A stretch of DNA of 64,000 nt from a virus. Lineage: Duplodnaviria; Caudoviricetes. Made by a program: the position numbers and the translations under genes. Numbering within the stretch: the stretch's first letter is position 1; the number at the start of each line of letters is the position of its first letter. The notes under the pieces were generated by a model, which saw only the letters and a program-made list of their open reading frames with translations, searched no databases and was not told the origin of the DNA. Shown here piece after piece: positions 56,076 to 64,000 of the stretch. The stretch covers positions 78,783 through 142,782 of IMG/VR virus record IMGVR_UViG_3300032292_000618, one strand, 5' to 3'.

Positions 56076-59000
56076 TGGCAAAGTATCTTAGTCGCAGAGT
56101 AATAAGAACTCCCCAATCTAGGCTAACTTCTGATAGATATCAGTACCTAGGATTAAATCAGGCAGAACCTAACTTGGGAGATCCTCCATATTCTGGATCT
56201 ATTCCAGTAGGAGATAGATATTTCTTAATTTCTATTCCTACATATCCAGGACAAAGATTTTGGGTTCCTCTAGAAACTCTACCTCTAGGATTTACAGTAA
56301 GGGATGAAGGCACATTAGTTGGTGTAGCTAACTCAATTACTATTTTAGACTTTGTTGGAGTTAGTGTTAGTGTTGTAGGTTTTGCATCTGCTGGTGTAGG
56401 TATTGCAACTATTAGAGTTGATTCAAAGATTCCAGTAGTTGAGCCAGATGATGCACGCCCAAGATACTTAGGATTTACTACCGAAAGATTTGGTGGTTTA
56501 GTAACTACCTTTGATATTGCTCCAAGTAATATAGTTTATATTCCTGCAGCTCAGTCATTAGGTATTGGAACCAATAATCCAAATACAAATTATCAGTTGG
56601 ACATACAAGTTCCAACAGTAAGAATAAAGGGAGATATTGCAAATAAAGATGGGAATGTTGGACTATTCCCTCAAGTATTAACATCATTAGGTCCAGGAGC
56701 AGGATTTACTTGGAACTCCGTTAGTGGATTTATTGGACCACAAGGACCTCAAGGATTTAGAGGACCTCAGGGATCACAAGGATTCCAAGGATTTAGAGGA
56801 CCTCAGGGATCACAAGGATTCCAAGGTTTTGTAGGTCCACAGGGACCACAAGGATTCCAAGGACCTCAAGGATTTGGACCTCAAGGAGCTCAAGGTCCTC
56901 AAGGAGCACAAGGATTCCAGGGATTCCAAGGTCCCCAAGGCGCACAAGGATTCCAAGGATTCCAGGGAAACCAAGGCAATCAAGGATTCCAAGGAGACCA
57001 GGCACCACAGGGAATTCAAGGTCCTCAAGGATTCCAAGGACCTCAAGGAGCTCAAGGTAATCAAGGTTTCCAGGGACCTCAAGGAGCTCAAGGATTCCAA
57101 GGAAACCAAGGATTCCAGGGATTCCAAGGTCCTCAAGGAGCACAAGGATTCCAAGGTAATCAAGGATTCCAAGGATTCCAGGGACCTCAAGGTGTACAGG
57201 GAAATCAAGGAACTCAGGGAAATCAAGGTTTCCAGGGACCACAAGGATCTCAAGGTGCCCAAGGATTCCAGGGACCACAAGGTGCTCAAGGCAATCAAGG
57301 ATTCCAGGGACCCCAAGGTGTTCAAGGATTCCAAGGATTTAGAGGACCTCAAGGACCTCAAGGTTTACAGGGTCCTCAAGGAGTTCAAGGATTTCAGGGA
57401 AATACTGGAACATCTATTACTATTGTAGGATCAGTTCCATCAGTTACTACTTCTGCACCAAATACAACACTAACAGCAAATGATACTGGATTCCCGTGGT
57501 ATCCACCAGCTGCTGGTGAAGGAGTCATTGCTCTAGATACCGGAAATCTTTGGGTTTATAATGGATCTGATTGGGATAATGTAGGTCAAATTAGAGGAGA
57601 TACTGGTTTCCAAGGACCTCAAGGTGCTCAAGGCAATCAAGGTACACAAGGCAATCAAGGTACACAAGGCAATCAAGGTAATCAAGGATTCCAAGGACCT
57701 CAAGGTGTACAAGGATTCCAAGGAACTCAAGGATTCCAAGGAACTCAAGGATTCCAAGGATTCCAGGGATTCCAAGGACCTCAGGGTGCTCAAGGATTCC
57801 AAGGATTACTAGGACCTCAAGGTAATCAAGGATTCCAAGGATTACTAGGACCTCAAGGAACACAAGGAACCCAAGGAGTATTAGGACTACAAGGACCTCA
57901 AGGATTGCAAGGACCTCAAGGATTCCAGGGACCACAAGGTTCTCAAGGTAATCAAGGTTTCCAAGGACCACAAGGAGCTCAAGGATTCCAAGGTAATCAA
58001 GGAAACCAAGGAAACCAAGGGTTCCAAGGTCCTCAAGGTGCTCAAGGTTTACAAGGTCCTCAGGGATTCCAAGGACCTCAAGGTAATCAAGGATTCCAGG
58101 GTCCCCAAGGAGCTCAAGGATTCCAGGGGAATCAGGGCAATCAAGGAAATCAAGGTGTTCAGGGTGTAATAGGACCTCAAGGAACTCAAGGATTCCAAGG
58201 AATAGCAGGAAACCAAGGTGGAGATGGATTTTTTGGACCTCAAGGACCTCAAGGGGTTCAAGGACCTCAAGGATTCCAGGGAACTCAAGGTTTCCAAGGA
58301 CCTCAAGGATCTCAAGGAAATCAAGGTTTCCAAGGTAATCAAGGTAATCAAGGTTTCCAGGGATTCCAAGGACCTCAAGGAGCTCAAGGATTCCAAGGAA
58401 ATCAAGGATTCCAAGGAAATCAAGGATTTAGAGGACCTCAAGGACCTCAAGGTTTACAAGGTCCTCAAGGATTTGGTCCACAGGGTCCTCAAGGATTCCA
58501 AGGAAATCAAGGAAATCAAGGATTCCAAGGAGAAACTGGAGCAAGAGGACCACAAGGATCTCAAGGAAACCAAGGAACACAAGGTAATCAAGGTAATCAA
58601 GGATTCCAAGGTCCACAAGGATCTCAGGGAAATGTAGGACCTCAAGGATTCCAAGGATCTCAAGGTTTACAAGGTCCACAAGGAACTCAAGGAACTCAAG
58701 GAAACCAGGGTAATCAAGGTGCCCAAGGATTCCAGGGACCTCAAGGTGTACAAGGATTCCAGGGTTTCCAAGGAAATCAAGGATTCCAAGGTTTCCAAGG
58801 ACCTCAAGGTGTCCAAGGATTCCAAGGAAATCAAGGAAACCAAGGATTTAGAGGACCTCAAGGAGTACAAGGACCACAAGGTATTGCAGGTCCTCAGGGT
58901 GGATCTGGTGGAGCAGGATTCCAAGGACCACAAGGTTCACAAGGAAACCAAGGATTTAAAGGAGAAGTTGGTCCACAAGGACCTCAAGGATTCCAAGGAC

Positions 59001-60394
59001 CTCAGGGTGTTCAAGGATTCCAGGGGAATCAAGGAAATCAAGGATTCCAAGGTTCTCAGGGACCACAAGGTTTCCAAGGACCTCAAGGAACTCAAGGTTT
59101 CCAAGGAAACCAAGGCAATCAAGGATTCCAAGGACCTCAAGGTTCACAAGGATTCCAAGGACCTCAAGGAACTCAAGGATTCCAAGGCAATCAAGGAAAT
59201 CAAGGATTTAGAGGACCTCAGGGTGTTCAAGGTCCTCAAGGATTCCAAGGACCTCAGGGACCAGCAGGAACAGCACTTGATATTAAAGGGACTGTTGCAA
59301 CAGTAGGAAATCTACCTACCTGTAATGGAACTACAATTGGAGATGCCTATGTTGTCCAGGCAGATGGTAATCTTTATGTTTGTAATGGAGCTACCTATGA
59401 CAATGTAGGTAAAATTCTTGGTCCACAAGGATTCCAAGGACCTCAAGGTTCTCAGGGTGCTCAAGGATTCCAGGGATTCCAAGGACCTCAAGGTGTTCAA
59501 GGATTCCAAGGTAATCAAGGCAATCAAGGTACTCAGGGATTTACAGGACCACAAGGTGTTCAAGGTCCTCAAGGATTCCAAGGTCTTATTGGACCTCAAG
59601 GAGCTCAAGGATTCCAAGGAAACCAAGGTAATCAAGGAACAGGACCACAGGGATCTCAAGGAAACCAAGGTACTCAAGGTACTCAAGGTACTCAAGGACC
59701 TCAAGGTGCTCAAGGATTCCAAGGAACTCAAGGATTCCAAGGTTTCCAAGGACCTCAAGGTGTCCAAGGATTCCAAGGAAATCAAGGAAACCAAGGATTT
59801 AGAGGACCTCAAGGTGTTCAGGGTGGACAAGGACCTCAAGGTGCAGTTGGACCTCAAGGTGCTCAAGGTTCTCCAGGTTCTGGAGGAACTCAGGGAGATC
59901 CTGGTGCTATTGGACCTCAAGGTGCAAGAGGACCTCAAGGAGCTCAAGGATTCGAAGGAAACCAGGGCAACCAAGGAAATCAAGGATTCCAAGGTGTAGA
60001 TGGAACAAATGGTACTCAAGGAATAAATGGTACTCAAGGTTTCCAAGGTTTCCAAGGAAATCAAGGTCTTACTGGACCATCAACAGTAGTAAATGCCACT
60101 AACACTACAGGTAGTGCTACTTACTATCCAGTATTTGTTGATAGTGCAGGCGTTAATGCTACTCCTAGAATTAGATCAACTGCTCCTGCACTATCTTATA
60201 ACCCAGGAACAGGTGAATTAGCAGTTGGTGGAGCATTTGCTCTTACTAACACTCCATTCTTCAGAAATGTTCCTACAATTGCTGCAGACTACACAGTAAC
60301 AACAACATATAATGAAATGAGTATTGGTCCTATCACTATTAACTCTGGCATCACTGTCACAGTTAACAGTGGAGCAACTTGGACTGTAGTTTAG
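56075..60394 (+). CDS. Collagen-like (Gly-X-Gln) fibre protein 1
   Basis: Hundreds of G-X-Q triplets with two non-collagen knuckles; C-terminal MSIGPITINSGITVTVNSGATWTVV fibre-tip motif. Confidence 0.9.
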   Translation: MAKYLSRRVIRTPQSRLTSDRYQYLGLNQAEPNLGDPPYSGSIPVGDRYFLISIPTYPGQRFWVPLETLPLGFTVRDEGTLVGVANSITILDFVGVSVSVVGFASAGVGIATIRVDSKIPVVEPDDARPRYLGFTTERFGGLVTTFDIAPSNIVYIPAAQSLGIGTNNPNTNYQLDIQVPTVRIKGDIANKDGNVGLFPQVLTSLGPGAGFTWNSVSGFIGPQGPQGFRGPQGSQGFQGFRGPQGSQGFQGFVGPQGPQGFQGPQGFGPQGAQGPQGAQGFQGFQGPQGAQGFQGFQGNQGNQGFQGDQAPQGIQGPQGFQGPQGAQGNQGFQGPQGAQGFQGNQGFQGFQGPQGAQGFQGNQGFQGFQGPQGVQGNQGTQGNQGFQGPQGSQGAQGFQGPQGAQGNQGFQGPQGVQGFQGFRGPQGPQGLQGPQGVQGFQGNTGTSITIVGSVPSVTTSAPNTTLTANDTGFPWYPPAAGEGVIALDTGNLWVYNGSDWDNVGQIRGDTGFQGPQGAQGNQGTQGNQGTQGNQGNQGFQGPQGVQGFQGTQGFQGTQGFQGFQGFQGPQGAQGFQGLLGPQGNQGFQGLLGPQGTQGTQGVLGLQGPQGLQGPQGFQGPQGSQGNQGFQGPQGAQGFQGNQGNQGNQGFQGPQGAQGLQGPQGFQGPQGNQGFQGPQGAQGFQGNQGNQGNQGVQGVIGPQGTQGFQGIAGNQGGDGFFGPQGPQGVQGPQGFQGTQGFQGPQGSQGNQGFQGNQGNQGFQGFQGPQGAQGFQGNQGFQGNQGFRGPQGPQGLQGPQGFGPQGPQGFQGNQGNQGFQGETGARGPQGSQGNQGTQGNQGNQGFQGPQGSQGNVGPQGFQGSQGLQGPQGTQGTQGNQGNQGAQGFQGPQGVQGFQGFQGNQGFQGFQGPQGVQGFQGNQGNQGFRGPQGVQGPQGIAGPQGGSGGAGFQGPQGSQGNQGFKGEVGPQGPQGFQGPQGVQGFQGNQGNQGFQGSQGPQGFQGPQGTQGFQGNQGNQGFQGPQGSQGFQGPQGTQGFQGNQGNQGFRGPQGVQGPQGFQGPQGPAGTALDIKGTVATVGNLPTCNGTTIGDAYVVQADGNLYVCNGATYDNVGKILGPQGFQGPQGSQGAQGFQGFQGPQGVQGFQGNQGNQGTQGFTGPQGVQGPQGFQGLIGPQGAQGFQGNQGNQGTGPQGSQGNQGTQGTQGTQGPQGAQGFQGTQGFQGFQGPQGVQGFQGNQGNQGFRGPQGVQGGQGPQGAVGPQGAQGSPGSGGTQGDPGAIGPQGARGPQGAQGFEGNQGNQGNQGFQGVDGTNGTQGINGTQGFQGFQGNQGLTGPSTVVNATNTTGSATYYPVFVDSAGVNATPRIRSTAPALSYNPGTGELAVGGAFALTNTPFFRNVPTIAADYTVTTTYNEMSIGPITINSGITVTVNSGATWTVV

Positions 60395-60426
60395 AAATAA
60401 ATACAATTAAGTAGGAAATTAAGGAT

Positions 60427-60747
60427 ATGGCAGTGCCATCAGTTAATTTAACAGTAGAGCAAGGAACTGATTTTTCCTTTGCTATGAGAATTAAATTGGA
60501 TGGTGCTGCTTTGAATTTGAGCGGATATACCTTTTCATCAAAAATTAAAAAGCACTATGGGTCATCTACTTCATATCCAATAACAGTTGAATCGGAAGGT
60601 GATGGGATAATAACTTTATCAATAGCAAGCACAATAACTTCTACTATTCCAGTTGGTAGATATTATTATGATGTTTTATATGATAATGGACCAACTGTTA
60701 CAAAAGCAGTTGATGGTATGGTGATAATTAGGGGAACAGCATCATGA
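60427..60747 (+). CDS. Small Ig-like/BppU-N-like virion protein
   Basis: VNLTVEQGTDFS...LNLSGY...GRYYYDV...GMVIIRG; ATAAATA at 60397. Confidence 0.72.
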   Translation: MAVPSVNLTVEQGTDFSFAMRIKLDGAALNLSGYTFSSKIKKHYGSSTSYPITVESEGDGIITLSIASTITSTIPVGRYYYDVLYDNGPTVTKAVDGMVIIRGTAS

Positions 60748-63700
60748 TAGATATTGAGATTGGATCAAATTCAAATAGTATAGAAATTGGATTAAACTCT
60801 ACTCAATCTTTAGAAAGTTTTGTTAGTGGAAGAGGACCAAGGGGACCTCAAGGTGCAGGGGGACCTCAAGGATCACAAGGCAATCCTGGGTATATTGGTA
60901 TTGATGGTCCTCAAGGACCCCCAGGATCACAGGGATCTCAAGGATTCCAAGGTCCACAAGGATTCCAAGGTCCACAAGGGGTTCAAGGACCTCAAGGATT
61001 TGGTCCTCAAGGATCTCAGGGCAACCAAGGATTCCAAGGACCACAAGGATTCCAAGGACCTCAAGGATTTGGTCCTCAAGGATTCCAAGGTTTCCAAGGA
61101 CCACAAGGTGCACAGGGAAATCAAGGCAATCAAGGAAATCAAGGATTCCAAGGTCCTCAAGGTAATCAGGGGAATCAAGGTTTCCAAGGCAATCAAGGAA
61201 CCCAAGGATTTCAGGGACCACAGGGAGTTCAGGGATTCCAGGGATTTCAGGGACCTCAAGGAAATCAAGGTTTCCAGGGAAATCAAGGTCCTCAAGGTGT
61301 TCAGGGATTCCAAGGAAATCAAGGAAACCAAGGTAATCAAGGTTTCCAGGGACCACAAGGCACACAAGGAAACCAGGGATTCCAGGGACCTCAAGGGTCT
61401 CAAGGTTTCCAGGGAAATCAAGGTCCACAAGGATCTCAAGGAAACCAAGGATTCCAAGGTAATCAAGGCAATCAAGGTTTCCAAGGACCTCAAGGCACAC
61501 AAGGAAACCAGGGATTCCAAGGACCACAAGGATCCCAAGGCAATCAAGGTAATCAAGGAAACCAGGGCAATCAAGGATTCCAGGGTCCACAAGGAGCTCA
61601 GGGATTCCAGGGATTCCAAGGACCACAAGGTGCTCAAGGTTTCCAGGGATTCCAAGGACCTCAAGGTGTACAAGGAAACCAAGGCAATCAAGGAAACCAA
61701 GGATTTAGAGGACCACAAGGACCTCAAGGTTTACAAGGACCTCAAGGATTCCAAGGACCTCAAGGATCCCAAGGCAATCAAGGTTTCCAGGGTCCACAGG
61801 GATCTCAAGGATTCCAAGGTAATCAGGGAAACCAGGGCAATCAAGGATTCCAGGGACCTCAAGGTGCTCAAGGTTTCCAGGGATTCCAAGGACCACAAGG
61901 ATCCCAAGGCAATCAAGGTTTCCAGGGACCTCAAGGTGCACAAGGAAACCAAGGAAACCAAGGAAATCAAGGAAACCAAGGATTCCAAGGTCCTCAAGGA
62001 GTTCAAGGATTCCAGGGATTCCAGGGACCACAAGGTGTTCAGGGATTCCAGGGATTCCAGGGTCCACAGGGATCTCAAGGATTCCAAGGTAATCAGGGAA
62101 ACCAGGGCAATCAAGGATTCCAGGGACCTCAAGGTTCACAAGGATTCCAGGGATTCCAGGGACCTCAAGGTGCTCAAGGTTTCCAAGGCAATCAAGGTAA
62201 TCAAGGTAATCAAGGAAACCAAGGAAACCAAGGATTTAGAGGACCACAAGGACCTCAAGGATTACAGGGACCTCAAGGTGTACAAGGATTCCAGGGAAAC
62301 ACTGGAACATCTATTACTATTGTAGGATCAGTTCCATCAGTTACAACTTCATCTCCTAATACTACATTAACTGTAGATGATACAGGATTTCCTTGGTATC
62401 CACCAACTACTGGTGAAGGAGTTATTGCTTTAGATACTGGAGATCTGTGGATTTATAATGGATCTGATTGGGATAATGTAGGTCAAATTAGAGGAGATAC
62501 TGGTTTCCAAGGACCTCAAGGTGCTCAAGGTAATCAAGGAAATCAAGGATTCCAAGGTCCTCAAGGATCTCAAGGTTTCCAGGGACCACAAGGTAATCAA
62601 GGATTCCAAGGCAATCAAGGAAATCAAGGATTCCAGGGACCACAAGGATCACAGGGAAATCAAGGAAATCAAGGAAATCAAGGATTTAGAGGACCTCAAG
62701 GACCTCAAGGATTACAAGGACCACAGGGGTTCCAAGGTCCTCAAGGTTCACAAGGATTCCAGGGATTCCAAGGACCTCAAGGTGCACAAGGAAATCAAGG
62801 CAATCAAGGAAACCAAGGAAACCAAGGGTTCCAAGGTCCTCAAGGGTCTCAAGGAAACCAAGGATTCCAGGGCCCTCAAGGGTCTCAAGGTAATCAAGGA
62901 TTCCAGGGTCCCCAAGGAGCTCAAGGATTCCAGGGAAATCAAGGTAATCAAGGAAATCAAGGATTCCAAGGACCACAAGGTTCACAAGGATTCCAAGGTT
63001 TCCAAGGACCACAAGGTTCTCAAGGTAATCAAGGTTTCCAAGGACCACAAGGGGTTCAAGGATTCCAGGGGAATCAAGGCAATCAAGGAAACCAGGGATT
63101 CCAAGGACCACAAGGAAATCAAGGTAATCAAGGATTCCAGGGTCCTCAAGGCAATCAAGGAAACCAAGGATTCCAAGGTCCTCAAGGATCTCAGGGAAAT
63201 CAAGGTAATCAAGGTAATCAAGGATCTCAAGGATTCCAGGGTCCACAAGGATCTCAGGGATTCCAGGGATTCCAAGGACCTCAAGGTGCTCAAGGATTCC
63301 AGGGAAACCAAGGAAATCAAGGTACACAGGGCAATCAAGGAAACCAAGGACCTCAAGGAGTTCAAGGATTCCAGGGAAATCAAGGAAACCAAGGTACACA
63401 AGGATTCCAGGGACCTCAAGGTGCACAAGGTTTCCAGGGGAATCAAGGAAACCAAGGAAATCAAGGGAACCAAGGTAATCAAGGAAATCAAGGATTCCAG
63501 GGACCTCAAGGTGCACAAGGAAACCAAGGCAATCAAGGTAATCAAGGTAATCAAGGATTCCAGGGACCTCAAGGTTCACAAGGATTCCAGGGGAATCAGG
63601 GTGCGCAAGGAAATCAAGGATTCCAAGGACCTCAAGGTGTTCAAGGTTTCCAAGGGAATCAAGGAAATCAAGGCAATCAAGGAAACCAGGGATTCCAAGG

Positions 63701-64000
63701 ACCACAAGGTTCTCAAGGAAATCAAGGAAATCAAGGCAACCAAGGTGCTCAAGGAAACCAGGGCAATCAAGGATTCCAAGGTCCTCAAGGTGTCCAAGGA
63801 TTCCAAGGTCCTCAAGGTGTCCAAGGATTTCAAGGAAATCAAGGCAATCAAGGCAATCAAGGATTCCAGGGTCCTCAAGGATCTCAGGGAAATCAAGGAA
63901 ACCAGGGATTCCAAGGTCCTCAAGGATCTCAGGGAAATCAAGGTAATCAAGGAAACCAAGGTTTCCAAGGACCACAAGGGGTTCAAGGATTCCAGGGAAA
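60744..64000 (+). CDS. Collagen-like (Gly-X-Gln) fibre protein 2, 3'-truncated by the window edge
   Basis: ATG at 60744 (ATGA overlap); MIDIEIGSNSNSIEIG...GRGPRGPQG...; apparently open to the window end, which would explain its absence from the ORF track. Confidence 0.88.
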   Translation, partial: MIDIEIGSNSNSIEIGLNSTQSLESFVSGRGPRGPQGAGGPQGSQGNPGYIGIDGPQGPPGSQGSQGFQGPQGFQGPQGVQGPQGFGPQGSQGNQGFQGPQGFQGPQGFGPQGFQGFQGPQGAQGNQGNQGNQGFQGPQGNQGNQGFQGNQGTQGFQGPQGVQGFQGFQGPQGNQGFQGNQGPQGVQGFQGNQGNQGNQGFQGPQGTQGNQGFQGPQGSQGFQGNQGPQGSQGNQGFQGNQGNQGFQGPQGTQGNQGFQGPQGSQGNQGNQGNQGNQGFQGPQGAQGFQGFQGPQGAQGFQGFQGPQGVQGNQGNQGNQGFRGPQGPQGLQGPQGFQGPQGSQGNQGFQGPQGSQGFQGNQGNQGNQGFQGPQGAQGFQGFQGPQGSQGNQGFQGPQGAQGNQGNQGNQGNQGFQGPQGVQGFQGFQGPQGVQGFQGFQGPQGSQGFQGNQGNQGNQGFQGPQGSQGFQGFQGPQGAQGFQGNQGNQGNQGNQGNQGFRGPQGPQGLQGPQGVQGFQGNTGTSITIVGSVPSVTTSSPNTTLTVDDTGFPWYPPTTGEGVIALDTGDLWIYNGSDWDNVGQIRGDTGFQGPQGAQGNQGNQGFQGPQGSQGFQGPQGNQGFQGNQGNQGFQGPQGSQGNQGNQGNQGFRGPQGPQGLQGPQGFQGPQGSQGFQGFQGPQGAQGNQGNQGNQGNQGFQGPQGSQGNQGFQGPQGSQGNQGFQGPQGAQGFQGNQGNQGNQGFQGPQGSQGFQGFQGPQGSQGNQGFQGPQGVQGFQGNQGNQGNQGFQGPQGNQGNQGFQGPQGNQGNQGFQGPQGSQGNQGNQGNQGSQGFQGPQGSQGFQGFQGPQGAQGFQGNQGNQGTQGNQGNQGPQGVQGFQGNQGNQGTQGFQGPQGAQGFQGNQGNQGNQGNQGNQGNQGFQGPQGAQGNQGNQGNQGNQGFQGPQGSQGFQGNQGAQGNQGFQGPQGVQGFQGNQGNQGNQGNQGFQGPQGSQGNQGNQGNQGAQGNQGNQGFQGPQGVQGFQGPQGVQGFQGNQGNQGNQGFQGPQGSQGNQGNQGFQGPQGSQGNQGNQGNQGFQGPQGVQGFQG

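Noticed and set aside
57398-62530. Diversity-generating retroelement template/variable repeat pair
   Set aside because: Differences are not adenine-specific, both copies are coding, and no reverse transcriptase is present
56793-63986. Many long alternative-frame and antisense ORFs (SLESL.., KDSKD.., LGIL..)
   Set aside because: Shadows of the 9-nt CAAGGN collagen repeat, which lacks stops in other frames

Overview
A 64 kb segment of an AT-rich T4-like cyanophage (cyanomyovirus, Kyanoviridae-like). In order it contains: (1) the 3' end of a cyanobacterial-type porin and small ORFs; (2) a compact transcription unit of Phd/YefM-like orphan antitoxin, tRNA-Ile(UAU), an array of four small H-type pseudoknot RNAs and a terminator; (3) a ~12 kb GDP-fucose/glycosyltransferase cluster (gmd, fcl, GT10, GT11, 2x GT25, methyltransferases, SGNH hydrolase); (4) two hli genes, a C39-like peptidase and lysozyme, a secreted protein, intronless psbA and an HNH endonuclease; (5) a second modification cluster (GT2, two 2OG-Fe(II)-oxygenase-like proteins, acetyltransferase, GT2-methyltransferase); (6) T4 core and metabolic genes (glutaredoxin, speD, thyX, phoH, exonuclease, gp33, gp59, gp32); (7) the baseplate/tail module (gp53, gp48, gp2, gp4, tube-like protein, gp26, gp51, two tape-measure-like proteins with muralytic domains, hub, cp12, gp5), then tRNA-Leu(UAA) and an HNH gene; (8) very large tail-fibre genes and two long Gly-X-Gln collagen-like proteins, the second running off the window. 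The best leads are the pseudoknot-array unit (possible anti-defence or decoy RNA), a probable -1 frameshift fusing gp26 and gp51, strong CpG depletion with CG-richer islands, RpaB/HLR1-like sites at three promoters, and a Lewis-antigen-like fucosylation kit. All family assignments come from motif recognition by eye; no database searches were run.
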